Shown piece by piece: positions 34,961-45,003 of a DNA stretch of 64,000 nucleotides. The stretch lies in NCBI GenBank assembly GCA_964373695.1, contig CAYJVT010000003.1:437-64436 (forward strand), in the 5' to 3' direction. The notes under the pieces are model-generated. The model was given only the letters and a program-made list of their open reading frames with translations. It had not been told where the DNA came from and did not search any database. The DNA comes from an uncultured archaeon (GTDB lineage Archaea > Aenigmatarchaeota > Aenigmatarchaeia > GW2011-AR5). Every line of letters starts with the position of its first letter. Position 1 is the stretch's first letter. A program made the position numbers and the translations under genes.

Positions 34961-35267
34961 GAGGGACACCTGAAATCCTAAGCACATTGCTTTCCTTTAC
35001 CAGTCTATTCTTGAGCATGAGACTTATTATTTCTTCCCCGACCGCGTTCACTATCGTGCTTGATTCAAGCAGCTCCAGGGCCCCGCTTTCATCGCATTCG
35101 TTCCCTGAATAAAAATCCCTGGAAACTTCGAGCATGAGCTCCCCTTCCTCCAGAGACGAGCCGAGCGCCGATGCATCGCATATGGCGAGGATTCTGTCGC
35201 TACCTGCCTCGTGCAGCCTGAAGCAGAACTTTGAGGAGGATAAATTCTTCATCCTCCTATCTCCCAA
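34935..35267 (-). CDS. Conserved archaeal hypothetical protein (DUF424-like)
   Basis: About 110 aa with RLHEAGSDRILAICD...LEVSRDFYSGNE, reminiscent of DUF424. Weak. Confidence 0.35.
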   Translation of the reverse strand: MGDRRMKNLSSSKFCFRLHEAGSDRILAICDASALGSSLEEGELMLEVSRDFYSGNECDESGALELLESSTIVNAVGEEIISLMLKNRLVKESNVLRISGVPHAQLISIG

Positions 35268-35282
35268 AAATTTTTTCGGGAT

Positions 35283-35693
35283 TCATGCCTTGAAGCTCCT
35301 TCTGGCCCCGCATGCCTGGCACTTCAGTATGAAAAAGTCTTTCTCCTTTTTCATGTCCGTGTCAGGCTTCTTGCATTCCTTGCAGATTACATATTCGCCG
35401 ACGTATTCCTCAAGCCTCTGGTTTATCAGCCTTTCGCTTATCTTCCCGTTGAGAACAAGTTCATTCCCCTTCAATTCCCCCGGCACGCCAAGCTCCTTGA
35501 ACAGAAACTTTGCTATATCCGATGTGTTCCTCCTCAGGGCCTTTGCTATGTCGGCAAAATTCCGTATTGACGTGAGCCTGCCAACGGCATACAAGGACGC
35601 CCTTGGCGTCTCAAACCTGGAATCGGCCTTCCTCTCCGGGAGGTTGTTCCTCGCCCTCTTCAGCATTTCAAGATAATCCACTTTCATCCCCAA
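35283..35693 (-). CDS. eif2b: Translation initiation factor 2 subunit beta (aIF2beta)
   Basis: Conserved central domain and C-terminal zinc ribbon CKECKKPDTDMKKEKDFFILKCQACGA. Confidence 0.85.
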   Translation of the reverse strand: MGMKVDYLEMLKRARNNLPERKADSRFETPRASLYAVGRLTSIRNFADIAKALRRNTSDIAKFLFKELGVPGELKGNELVLNGKISERLINQRLEEYVGEYVICKECKKPDTDMKKEKDFFILKCQACGARRSFKA

Positions 35694-36006
35694 TGTATTT
35701 TGCCTTTGCAGACTTAAGGGTACCGGTCACCCCGAGGACTCTGATTATACACCTGTTTTCGCTGACTATTTGAACCAAGGAGAGCGCGGCCCTCACGGTC
35801 TCGACCGAAGTATTGCTGCATTTCATGACGCCGGCCTGCCTCTTGTCATCGTACATATCGGGTATCATCCATATCCTCGAGTCTGACGCCCCTACTTCCC
35901 CCGAGAGATCCAGAAGCGACGTCCAGACCGCATCCGAAATGTCCCCGTATTCGACCGGATGCTCCGAAATGAGCTCGAACAATATGTACCTTTTCTTGAG
36001 CCTCAT
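35668..36006 (-). CDS. rnp2: RNase P protein component 2 (Pop5/Rpp14 homolog)
   Basis: MRLKKRYILFELISE N-terminus typical of archaeal Pop5. Adjacent to the Rpp30 gene. Confidence 0.7.
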   Translation of the reverse strand: MRLKKRYILFELISEHPVEYGDISDAVWTSLLDLSGEVGASDSRIWMIPDMYDDKRQAGVMKCSNTSVETVRAALSLVQIVSENRCIIRVLGVTGTLKSAKAKYIGDESGLS

Positions 36007-36037
36007 CGCAGGCGGCAGGGTCTTCGGCCTGCTATTT

Positions 36038-36748
36038 TCAGACATCGCCGCCGCCCTCCTGTATGTAAATGCCTTCCCATCTTTTCCCGGCGATCTTTTC
36101 CCTATTCAGCTTCACGATGCCTTCCGGAACCGATGACGCCGCTTCTATGGCATTTCCCAGCTCCATGCCAAGAAGGCTGGCGATGGACGCAAGCTCCCTT
36201 CCGGCCCTCATTCCCCACCTGGTCACGGCCGAGGAGGTAACGACTGTCCCGGCACCATATTTCGAGAAAAGCCTCACATTCTTTTTCATTGACGACAGGA
36301 CGAACGAGCGGCTCCTCTTGTGCGACTCCAGTATCTCACGGAAGTTTATCTCAAGGGCGACGCCATTCTCCTTTGCAGCTTTTGCGCAGATGTGGTCGAG
36401 TCCGGAATCCCTTCTTCCGAGTTCCGGATGGCACAGCACATCGACCATGGAATTCTCGCAGGCCGCGCGGTTCATCCAGTAATCGCCCCCATGCACCATC
36501 ACGATATCACATCTTCTCCTCACATCGCTTACGGCCTTCCTCATCGCCTCCGGCGTCTGGGACTTGATGATCACCGAAGACACGATATCTATGCCTTCGA
36601 CCTTGGGAAGGGGCTGCATCTTCTCCGAATAATACCTGACTACCCCTATCCCAGAAAGCCCGAGGCGCCTGGCCATTCCGGCCATGTCTTCAGCGCTGTC
36701 TTCGCCTATGGAGAGCGTGGAGTGGACGTGAAGGTCGTAGAATTGCAT
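36038..36748 (-). CDS. rnp3: RNase P protein component 3 (Rpp30 homolog, PHP/TIM-barrel)
   Basis: MQFYDLHVHST...DIVMVHGGD...LEINF blocks of Rpp30. Confidence 0.75.
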   Translation of the reverse strand: MQFYDLHVHSTLSIGEDSAEDMAGMARRLGLSGIGVVRYYSEKMQPLPKVEGIDIVSSVIIKSQTPEAMRKAVSDVRRRCDIVMVHGGDYWMNRAACENSMVDVLCHPELGRRDSGLDHICAKAAKENGVALEINFREILESHKRSRSFVLSSMKKNVRLFSKYGAGTVVTSSAVTRWGMRAGRELASIASLLGMELGNAIEAASSVPEGIVKLNREKIAGKRWEGIYIQEGGGDV

Positions 36749-36784
36749 GATTATATTATATCAAAAAAAGCTTTTAAAAAACAA

Positions 36785-37288
36785 CTATGCCTGCCTGCTC
36801 CTCTTCGCGGCTGCGGTAAGGCTCCTGTACGAGCGGCCGCGCTTCCCGGATATCCAGCTTATCCTGCGGTCGTATTTTATGACCGGATGTGAGGGGTCCA
36901 CCATTATTATCTCATAATAGATATTCCTGCCGTCCTCGGCCGTGTAGTATGAATTCAGGACCTCGAGATTCGGAAATTTCTTCGATGCGCGGCTCTCGGC
37001 TATGGCTTGCTTGCTCATTGATGTCGTGAACCTGACGAGGCCGGATTTCGAGGGATGCCTCCCTTTCCTTATCGTCCTTCGCTTCCTCCCGCCTTTCCTG
37101 ATGCGCACTCTCACGACGGCGTAGCCCTGCTTTGCCCTGTATCCGAGCGAGCGGGCGCGGCCCAGTTTCGACGGCCGGTCAAGGCGCTCGATGACGAGCC
37201 CTTTCCTCCACTCATCTGTCTTCTCCTTGAGGGCTGTCTTGTCGGCTGCACGCCACGCATCTTCCGCATAACTGTAAGAGCTTTTCAT
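36785..37288 (-). CDS. rpl15e: 50S ribosomal protein L15e (eL15)
   Basis: SYSYAEDAWR...RLDRPSKLGRARSLGYRAKQGYAVVRVRIRKGGRKR signature. Confidence 0.9.
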   Translation of the reverse strand: MKSSYSYAEDAWRAADKTALKEKTDEWRKGLVIERLDRPSKLGRARSLGYRAKQGYAVVRVRIRKGGRKRRTIRKGRHPSKSGLVRFTTSMSKQAIAESRASKKFPNLEVLNSYYTAEDGRNIYYEIIMVDPSHPVIKYDRRISWISGKRGRSYRSLTAAAKRSRQA

Positions 37289-37370
37289 TTCCAGCACCGA
37301 AACTTACATTCCGAATTAACTTTTAATAGTTATGAGTTTACTAGAAATTATTTAAGTGCCTTGAGGTGGT

Positions 37371-37607
37371 ATGATGCATTCCGGAATAAAGCTGATAATT
37401 GGAATTCTGATATTCATTGCCGGCCTTTACTGGTACATGCCCGGCAACTCCCTAGGCAGCACGCTGGCCGACCTGAAAACAGTCTTCATGGGAGTCTTCG
37501 GCCTGTTCCTCATATTCCTCGGCCTGATAGTGGCGTGGATAGAATATGAGGATCTGAGATGGGAGTCCAGGGAGAAGAAAGAGCAGGCGCAGAAGGCAAA
37601 GAAGTGA
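37371..37607 (+). CDS. Small membrane protein (2 TM, basic tail)
   Basis: Two hydrophobic helices followed by EKKEQAQKAKK. Confidence 0.35.
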   Translation: MMHSGIKLIIGILIFIAGLYWYMPGNSLGSTLADLKTVFMGVFGLFLIFLGLIVAWIEYEDLRWESREKKEQAQKAKK

Positions 37608-37647
37608 CTTCTTCTATAACTTATTTTTTTCCTTCCAATTATATGGC

Positions 37648-38778
37648 ATGAAAGTGCGCTCTTCATTATGCCCGTGTGGAGGCTTCCATGCTCCGTGGCG
37701 CTGCCCGAAGATAGCCGTGGCGCCGCCTCCGGTGAAGGAAAGCTTCTTCGGACCCTCGTCAGGCATATTCGTCGGCAGGACAGGGTATCCCGATGTCTTT
37801 GCCGGGCCGCTCGGCATTCTCGGAACCAGCTTGGCAGACTCGCCTTCCGAATGGTTCGGCATGCGATATTCCGACATAATATCCATGCGGTTTTCCATCA
37901 TAAGGTCCAAGGAAAAAAGAAGCGTACGCTCCTCCGACAGAACGGTGTCGGATATGCAGGACATTGTAATCGCAAAGAGCCCCACCGACATAGAGATGCT
38001 GTTCAGGAAAAAACCGGTTCATAAGATGACGTTTTCGCCTGTGACGCAGCCCATGGGGCCTTCGGCTGAACTGGTGAAGCTTACATTGGCAGGAAGCCCA
38101 AAGATAAGCGGCAGGGTGGAGCAGATAGTCAGGGACGACATAATGGCTGCCGACGCTACAGGCATGCTTTACAAGGAGGGCGTGGATGTCTACCAGCTTT
38201 CTAACATACTCTCGTCCGGCGTACTTGGGATAAAAAAGAAAATGGTGCCGACAAGGTGGAGCATAACTGGCATCGACGACACGCTGTGCAAGGGCATGAT
38301 GGACGAAATAAGGCAGTTCCCCGAAACAGGCAAGTACATGCTCTTCTCCTCAGTCTTTCTGTACAACTCCTTCCACATCCTGCTCATGCCGGGCAAATGG
38401 GAATACGAGAACTTCGAATCGTCGCCTGACGACGGCCTGATGGTGGAGGAATACGAGCCCTTCCACGGCAGGAAGGCTTACGCGGAGAAGGAAGGCGGAG
38501 GATACTACGCGGCGCGGTTCGCGGTGTGCGAGGCGCTGAAGCGCATGCGAAAGCAGGCAAGGGTCATAGTTTTCAGGGAAATCGGGAAGGGATACAGCGT
38601 ACCGTTGGGGGTTTGGGTTATACGTCAAACAGTAAGAGATGCGATGAAAAAGAAGCCACTCGAATTCTCTTCATACGCCGAAGTCGTTGGATACCTCCAA
38701 GGGAAGCTCCACATCCCAATGAAGGAATACGCGAAAAGGAGCGTCATCCTCCAGCAGCGCCGCCTGAACGAGTTTTAA
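37648..38778 (+). CDS. NreA-like DNA repair protein (DUF650/DUF651 family), tentative
   Basis: Cys-rich N-terminus LCPCGGFHAPWRCPKI, with length and domain order resembling archaeal Nre proteins. Confidence 0.4.
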   Translation: MKVRSSLCPCGGFHAPWRCPKIAVAPPPVKESFFGPSSGIFVGRTGYPDVFAGPLGILGTSLADSPSEWFGMRYSDIISMRFSIIRSKEKRSVRSSDRTVSDMQDIVIAKSPTDIEMLFRKKPVHKMTFSPVTQPMGPSAELVKLTLAGSPKISGRVEQIVRDDIMAADATGMLYKEGVDVYQLSNILSSGVLGIKKKMVPTRWSITGIDDTLCKGMMDEIRQFPETGKYMLFSSVFLYNSFHILLMPGKWEYENFESSPDDGLMVEEYEPFHGRKAYAEKEGGGYYAARFAVCEALKRMRKQARVIVFREIGKGYSVPLGVWVIRQTVRDAMKKKPLEFSSYAEVVGYLQGKLHIPMKEYAKRSVILQQRRLNEF

Positions 38779-38842
38779 TTCTTAACTGATTATGATTTAA
38801 TAAACAACAGCAGCGGGCAAGCTGCACACCGGAGGTTTTCAG

Positions 38843-39070
38843 ATGGTACAATTCGAGACGATAAAGGCGGAAGAGGTCAAGTTCGGCAACAACAACTTCA
38901 TAGAAGTTGCCAGAAAGAAGGCCATAACGGAGGAAGGGGAAAACACTTTCATATCCCTTTCGAGAGGCTTCGTGACGCCGACAGGCGAGAAGAGATACAG
39001 GAAATCCTTCACCGTTCCAATAAATGACGAAGTGATAGATTTCCTTTCAAAAAAGCTCAAGGAAGTCTGA
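38843..39070 (+). CDS. Small conserved protein, possible PC4-like ssDNA-binding fold (tentative)
   Basis: 75 aa with KFGNNNFIEVARKK...FISLSRGFVTPTGEKRYRKSFTVP; beta-rich. Confidence 0.3.
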   Translation: MVQFETIKAEEVKFGNNNFIEVARKKAITEEGENTFISLSRGFVTPTGEKRYRKSFTVPINDEVIDFLSKKLKEV

Positions 39071-39072
39071 AG

Positions 39073-39525
39073 ATGCGCGTTCTTGACGCCATACGGACGG
39101 CAGAAGAGAAAATGCTCGGAAAGAAAGATTTTTTTCTATGTTCCTGTTTTGCCTCGCTGAAGGACTTCTCGCCTGCAGGCGAATGGACGGTCATATTCTA
39201 CAATCCTGGGAGCCGCAACGTCATCGAATGCACATGCGACGGCAAAAGCGCGGAGATATCCGGGGAGAGCCCGGCCCTGAATGAATCCGAGAGGCTTGAC
39301 AAGGCATGCATAATGAAGGATGATGCTTACGCCATAAACAAGGTCAAGGAAGACTTTGAAGGGAGACTGGTCAATCTCCTAGTGTCGCTTCACATGAAGG
39401 GCGGAAGGACGGTATGGACACTGTCGGCCGTCACCCAGGAGCTCAGCGTCACCATATACGACATTGACGCCGGCACCGGCGAGATACTCAGGAAGGAGAC
39501 TTCGGGTCTCGTGAAGAGGCTCTGA
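39073..39525 (+). CDS. Hypothetical protein (150 aa)
   Basis: Complete ORF 2 nt after the previous gene. No motif recognised. Confidence 0.35.
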   Translation: MRVLDAIRTAEEKMLGKKDFFLCSCFASLKDFSPAGEWTVIFYNPGSRNVIECTCDGKSAEISGESPALNESERLDKACIMKDDAYAINKVKEDFEGRLVNLLVSLHMKGGRTVWTLSAVTQELSVTIYDIDAGTGEILRKETSGLVKRL

Positions 39526-39526
39526 C

Positions 39527-40024
39527 ATGTTCTTCCCCGACATCTACGGAAGCTGGGAGGAGAAGCAGAGGGAGAAGTATGAAGGCATCTTCCGCGTCCT
39601 CGGCGACGGATTCCTGTCGAAACTGTTCCGCTCCAGGAGCCTAGACATAGGATACGGCGCCGGATTCATGAAAAAATTTCTTGAATCGCGCGGCACCGCC
39701 GCCGACCTCTATGGGATAGACACAAGGCCGGCCTCTGCAGAAAAGTTCGTCATTGGAGACGGCGCACAGCTGCCTTTCAGGGACGAGAGCTTCGACTTCG
39801 TTGTCAGCATAGACACGATGCATCTGATAGGCAGCGACGACTTCAGGCGCGTCCTGAGGAAGAGGGGCCATACCCTTCTGGGACTTTTCTTCAACGACGA
39901 CAACAGGCAGGAAAGGGTGAAGCTGCTTCACGACAAGCTCCGCGGCTTCGAAATCCTCATGGAATTCGAGGTGCGCGGACAGGAGAACGAGTATGTCGTG
40001 CTCGCAAGGAAGAGGTATACTTAG
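39527..40024 (+). CDS. Class I SAM-dependent methyltransferase (short)
   Basis: LDIGYGAGFMKKFL (motif I) and FDFVVSIDTMHLI (post II) of Methyltransf_11-like enzymes. Confidence 0.6.
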   Translation: MFFPDIYGSWEEKQREKYEGIFRVLGDGFLSKLFRSRSLDIGYGAGFMKKFLESRGTAADLYGIDTRPASAEKFVIGDGAQLPFRDESFDFVVSIDTMHLIGSDDFRRVLRKRGHTLLGLFFNDDNRQERVKLLHDKLRGFEILMEFEVRGQENEYVVLARKRYT

Positions 40025-40027
40025 CGG

Positions 40028-41644
40028 CTACATCCTCTCAATTACAGGAATTCCTAGAAGAGACATCCCCGACTTCATCACTTGAGAGAATGATTTTACA
40101 ACAGCAAGGAGAGAAGCCTCGTTCCCGCCGCCGATGACCTTGTTCGCGTGGTAGAATTCGTTGAACACGGCGGCCAGCTCATGAAGGTAATTCGCAAGGT
40201 AGTGCGGCTTCATGTCATCGCACGCATGCCGGATGACTGACGGGAATTCCGCCATCTTCTTTATGATTGGCCGGGCTTCGTCGGCCGCCTTGAACACCGG
40301 TTTCTTTTTGGATTTCTTCAGTATGGAGCGCGCCCGGGCATAAGTATACTGCAGATAGGGGCCCGTGTCGCCCTCGAAACTCATGGCCTCGTCGGCATCG
40401 AAGACGATAACCCTGCCGGAATCGTGGCTGAGCATGGAGTACTTCAGGGCGGCAATAGCCACGTCCTTCGCCGAATCCGGGGATATCTTCTTCGCCTTCT
40501 CTACTGCATCTTCCATTATATCCTCGAAAAGAATCACGTTGCCGGCCCGCGACGACATCTTTCCCTCCTTCAGCATGACGAGCTCGTAAGACAGGTGCTT
40601 GCACTGTTTTGCCTGCTCGAAACCCAGAAGCTCCAGGGCCTTGAACAGCTGCTGGAAGTATAATTTTTGCTCGGAGCCAACGACATAAACCGACTTGTCT
40701 ATCCTGTATTTCGTGAACTTCGTCTCGGCAAGCGCAAGGTCCTTCGTAGAATAGAGCGGCGTCCCGTCGCTTCGCAATACGACAAGAATGTCAAGGCCGT
40801 ATTCCTTGAGGTCGAATATTATGGCGCCGTCGCTGCGTTTCGCTATGCCGCGCTTAAGCGCCTGAAGCGCGAAATCCTTCCCGCGCTTCTCGGCGTCGCT
40901 CTCGTAGAACCACACGTCGAATGAAACTCCCAACCCCCTGTATATGTTCCTGAATTCCTCAAGGCTCCATTCCCGGGTCTTTTTCCACACAGGCATTATC
41001 CCTTTGTCCCATGAGTAAAGTTTGCGAAGGACTTCAAGATACTCCTTCTCATACTCGGAGCTTTTTTCCAGGAGCTGCGACGCCTCGGCGTAAATTTCCC
41101 CCAGCCACCTCCCCCTGCCAGAGGCCGGCTCCTGACCCCTGTAGTTCTTCATGTAAAGCCACAGGCATTTCGCCACATGAGCCCCTATATCCCCCGGATA
41201 GTTCGCTGATATCACATTGAAACCCGAGAATCTCATGATTCTCACCAGGGAATCGCCTATGCACGTGTTGCGCAGATGGCCTATATGGAAGCCCTTGTGG
41301 GTGTTCGGCTGGGAGAATTCCACCATGACCTGCTCCTTCTTGATGGTGCCGCGCCCAAAAGCTTTCTTTGATGCCGACGAAACGACATCCTTTCCGAGGT
41401 TCCTCCAGTCGGCGTAGAAGTTCACGTATGGACCGACAGGCTCGACGCGCTGCACGTACATGCCTTTCTTGAATTTTTTTGATATGTCCCTGGCGATTTC
41501 CACCGCGTTTCTGCCTTCTTTCGCAAGGGTGAAGCACGGCAAAGCCAAGTCAGCATCGACCTCCCTCGGCGGCTTCTCAAGGAGGCTTCCGTTAGGCCTG
41601 CAAATCTTTTCACATTCTTTTCGGAACTTCAGGAAAGGTTCCAT
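40028..41644 (-). CDS. argS: Arginine--tRNA ligase
   Basis: HIGH motif (FHIGHLRNTCIGD), KMSSRAG (KMSKS variant) and DALK-type anticodon-binding domain. Confidence 0.9.
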   Translation of the reverse strand: MEPFLKFRKECEKICRPNGSLLEKPPREVDADLALPCFTLAKEGRNAVEIARDISKKFKKGMYVQRVEPVGPYVNFYADWRNLGKDVVSSASKKAFGRGTIKKEQVMVEFSQPNTHKGFHIGHLRNTCIGDSLVRIMRFSGFNVISANYPGDIGAHVAKCLWLYMKNYRGQEPASGRGRWLGEIYAEASQLLEKSSEYEKEYLEVLRKLYSWDKGIMPVWKKTREWSLEEFRNIYRGLGVSFDVWFYESDAEKRGKDFALQALKRGIAKRSDGAIIFDLKEYGLDILVVLRSDGTPLYSTKDLALAETKFTKYRIDKSVYVVGSEQKLYFQQLFKALELLGFEQAKQCKHLSYELVMLKEGKMSSRAGNVILFEDIMEDAVEKAKKISPDSAKDVAIAALKYSMLSHDSGRVIVFDADEAMSFEGDTGPYLQYTYARARSILKKSKKKPVFKAADEARPIIKKMAEFPSVIRHACDDMKPHYLANYLHELAAVFNEFYHANKVIGGGNEASLLAVVKSFSQVMKSGMSLLGIPVIERM

Positions 41645-41704
41645 TGTAATATTCTTGTCGGAACGTGTTTAAAAGTCATCTGTGGATTTTTAAATCGGCA
41701 TCTA

Positions 41705-42748
41705 TTGATACCGATTAATCCAAATCTGAGATCCGGATTTAAACCCTCCTGTCACAAACATACCATGAAGAAACTGGACAAGGCGAGGAAAAGCATATTC
41801 AAGAAGAGCACCCCAGTAAAGGGCGCCGAGGTATCAGGATACGACTTTTCCAAGCCCTTCGACATGAGGAAATTCCTTGACGCTTACGGAAGCACCGGAT
41901 TCCAGGCCACACACCTCAAGGATGCCATTGAAGTTGTGAAGCTCATGCGCAGGGACAAGGTCGCTGTATTTTTCGGGTATACGTCGAACATGGTCTCGTC
42001 GGGCCTCAGGGAGCCCATAGCTTACCTCACGAAGAACAAGCATATAGATGCCATAGTCACCACGGCTGGCGGCGTAGAGGAGGACATAATAAAATGCCTC
42101 AAGCCTTTCGTCCTCGGTTCATTCAGGATGGACGGCAAGGAGCTGCGCAGAAAGGGCATAAACCGGATAGGGAACATACTGGTCCCGAACGACCGCTACG
42201 TCGCATTCGAAGGCTTCATGAAGAAATTCCTCAAGGAGCTTTACGACTTGCAGAAGAAGACGGGAAAAGCGATAACGCCGTCTGAATTCATAAGAGAGCT
42301 CGGCAGGGCCGTTGATGACGAGTCCTCGATATTGTACTGGGCCTACAAGAATAACATACCAGTGATATGTCCTGCACTGACTGACGGCTCCATAGGCGAC
42401 ATGATATTCTTCTTCAAGCATGAGTATCCGGACTTCAGGATAGAGATAACCGACGACATGATGCTCATGAACAACCTTGCCATGGATGCCAAGGAGACGG
42501 GCGCTATAATACTTGGAGGTGCTTTGCCGAAGCATCACATACTGAACGCCAACATGATGCGGGAAGGGCTGAAGTATGCTGTCTACATAGACAGCGGCGG
42601 CGAGGACGACGGCTCCCTTTCCGGCGCATTGCCGGAAGAGGCGCTGTCATGGGGCAAGATATCGTCCAGCGGAAGGCATGCAAGGGTGTGGGGCGACGCC
42701 ACAATAATATTTCCCCTCCTTGTTGCAGGCGCTTTCTCAGACTTATAA
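41705..42748 (+). CDS. dys: Deoxyhypusine synthase
   Basis: VFFGYTSNMVSSGLRE...DAIVTTAGGVEED...ALTDGSIGDM family signature. Confidence 0.9.
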   Translation: MIPINPNLRSGFKPSCHKHTMKKLDKARKSIFKKSTPVKGAEVSGYDFSKPFDMRKFLDAYGSTGFQATHLKDAIEVVKLMRRDKVAVFFGYTSNMVSSGLREPIAYLTKNKHIDAIVTTAGGVEEDIIKCLKPFVLGSFRMDGKELRRKGINRIGNILVPNDRYVAFEGFMKKFLKELYDLQKKTGKAITPSEFIRELGRAVDDESSILYWAYKNNIPVICPALTDGSIGDMIFFFKHEYPDFRIEITDDMMLMNNLAMDAKETGAIILGGALPKHHILNANMMREGLKYAVYIDSGGEDDGSLSGALPEEALSWGKISSSGRHARVWGDATIIFPLLVAGAFSDL

Positions 42749-42770
42749 ATAACATTGTGCAAATAAATTT

Positions 42771-42995
42771 ATGGGATTAAAAAGCATAGAAGAAAAGGCC
42801 AAATCAACCTATTCTATAATCATTCTTGTCATACTTTCCGGCGGCGGAACCTTTTATTATACCAAAAATGAAGTAATATCAATAATAGTAGGCGCTTTGG
42901 TGATATTTGCATTGGCTATATGGGATTTGCATGAAAGACTGGCAAAGCTGGAAATAAAACATGGTGCAAGAGATGAAAAACCAACTGAAAAGTAG
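42771..42995 (+). CDS. Small membrane protein
   Basis: Two predicted TM helices. Confidence 0.3.
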   Translation: MGLKSIEEKAKSTYSIIILVILSGGGTFYYTKNEVISIIVGALVIFALAIWDLHERLAKLEIKHGARDEKPTEK

Positions 42996-43097
42996 GATGA
43001 AAGGGGCTTTGGACTATAGAATTATAATAATAGTGCTTTTCATATTGATAGCCTTGCTTATACTGGCCGGCGGAGCCGGGGGATTGGGTGTCTGAAA

Positions 43098-43454
43098 ATG
43101 TTCGGATTCCTGAAGAAGAAAAGAAAGGAAGAAATGGACGACTTCTTTGACATAAAGAATACCATAACCGGCAGGCAGCCAGAGCGGGACACCATAGATG
43201 CGGGCAGGGCCTTCACGGAGCAGAAGCAGGACGAATGGGTGCCGTCGTTCCCGGGAAGGAAGGACCTTGAGTTCGAGGATGTCGGTCAAGGCCCTTATGA
43301 AAAGGGATTCCGCGGACCTTCGAAGGACTATGATGTATTGCAGCGCTTGGACGTCATAGAATCGCAGCTTCAGGCCATACGCTCCCAGACCGAGACCATA
43401 AACGAGCGCCTGAAGAACCTGGAATTCAAGCTGACTGGCGGAAGAAGGTACTGA
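43098..43454 (+). CDS. Hypothetical protein with C-terminal coiled coil
   Basis: ORF only; the C-terminal heptad region is LDVIESQLQAIRSQTETINERLKNLEFKL. Confidence 0.35.
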   Translation: MFGFLKKKRKEEMDDFFDIKNTITGRQPERDTIDAGRAFTEQKQDEWVPSFPGRKDLEFEDVGQGPYEKGFRGPSKDYDVLQRLDVIESQLQAIRSQTETINERLKNLEFKLTGGRRY

Positions 43455-43807
43455 AATATTCCAAATCTCTTCTTAGTTCTTCCTAATTTTTATCTGCTCT
43501 TCTTTTTTCGGTAAGTATTCTAATTCGTTCATCACATTCTCTTATGACACTTTCATTTTCTACAATAACCTGATAATGAGCTTCAGTTTTATCCAACAAT
43601 TCTAATACATCTTCCAATCCTCGAACAGTTTCTTGGTCACTATTTTCTCTTGCGCCATCCATAACGCCACTAATGTTCTCTTAAACTGGATACATAAAAC
43701 TTCATGTCTTCCGGCTCCATGACAGGGTCTAGGCATTCTTCCATATACATTCTTATTAATGCTCTGTAAGGTATCGCCTATAACGAATAAGAATTAAAGG
43801 CTATTAT

Positions 43808-44953
43808 TCATCTCCCGCTCTTTATCGAGATAACATCGCCGTTCTGCAGGACGTAATCCGAAGAAATATTCTTGCCGGTTTTCGCGTTGACGGCGGAGAT
43901 GAATTTGCTCCCTATGTCCTGATGAATGCGGTATGCCAGGTCGACGGCAGCGGAACCTTTCTTCATGATGAACGCGTCAGGAAGGACTTCGCCTTTCTTG
44001 CTGCTCCATTTCTTCTCATCCTCGACGGGGAATACGACGACCATCCCGAGGACGTCGAACACAAGCCTGTCAAGGCACTGCTGAACCCCGGTGCCGCCGT
44101 TGTCGTCCAGATACTTCTTCATGAAGTCGACAGCGCTTTTCTGCTTTTCAGAAACCTCTTTGATAATCCTGAAAGACGAACTTCCAGGGACATATTCTAT
44201 CAGAGCTCCTTTCGCGGCCTCGCGCAGCGCAAGCTCGACCTCGGCGCTGCACGGAATCACTTCCCTTGTCCTCTGTATCCCCTTCACATTGCCTCCGGCG
44301 CTTTTCATGTCGAACTTGTTCCCTGCTATAAGTATCGGCTTGGACTTCTTCCTGAGCGACGACACGAAACCCAGGAGCTCATTCTCGTTCATGGACTTCA
44401 GGCTGCCGCGGAGGGACGAGTCTATGCTTGACTTGGATATTCCAAGCCCGGACAGGCGCTTCTCTATTATAACCGACGGATCCTTCAACGTCTCTATTAT
44501 TTTCCAGTCCTTCATCACGAGGGAAAGGAGCCAGTAGTCGACCTCCCTTTCCAGCATCTCTATTGTCAGCAAAGGGTCGAATCCGGATGCGGGATTTCCC
44601 TCGTAATCCACTGTGCCGGACATGTCAACAACATGGACAAGGGCGTCCGATTTCATCACGTCCGAAAGAAAAGCGTTGCCGCGACCACGGCCCTTGTGCG
44701 CGTCCGGGACCAGGCCGGCAACGTCCCACAGCTTTATCGGGACAAATCTCACGCCTGAAACACATTTCCCACAATTTCCTGACGGGCCCGGCCTTTCTTT
44801 GCATGGGCAGGCAGCCCTTACATACGCAAGCCCCTCGTTGGGCTCAAGCGTCGTGAAAGGGTAAGGGGCTATCTTGACGTCCTTCAGGGTGCATGCCTTG
44901 AAGAAAGTGCTCTTCCCGCTAGACGGGGCCCCGACCAGACCTATCTCGGCCAT
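43808..44953 (-). CDS. Obg/YchF-like GTPase with TGS domain (Ygr210-like)
   Basis: G1 GLVGAPSSGKST, G3 DVAGLV, a Cys-rich insertion (CPCKERPGPSGNCGKC) and C-terminal TGS (YVLQNGDVISIKS). Confidence 0.7.
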   Translation of the reverse strand: MAEIGLVGAPSSGKSTFFKACTLKDVKIAPYPFTTLEPNEGLAYVRAACPCKERPGPSGNCGKCVSGVRFVPIKLWDVAGLVPDAHKGRGRGNAFLSDVMKSDALVHVVDMSGTVDYEGNPASGFDPLLTIEMLEREVDYWLLSLVMKDWKIIETLKDPSVIIEKRLSGLGISKSSIDSSLRGSLKSMNENELLGFVSSLRKKSKPILIAGNKFDMKSAGGNVKGIQRTREVIPCSAEVELALREAAKGALIEYVPGSSSFRIIKEVSEKQKSAVDFMKKYLDDNGGTGVQQCLDRLVFDVLGMVVVFPVEDEKKWSSKKGEVLPDAFIMKKGSAAVDLAYRIHQDIGSKFISAVNAKTGKNISSDYVLQNGDVISIKSGR

Positions 44954-45003
44954 GAGATGAAATCCACTTGAAGGCTTATAAAATTGCATTTCAAATCATC
45001 ATC

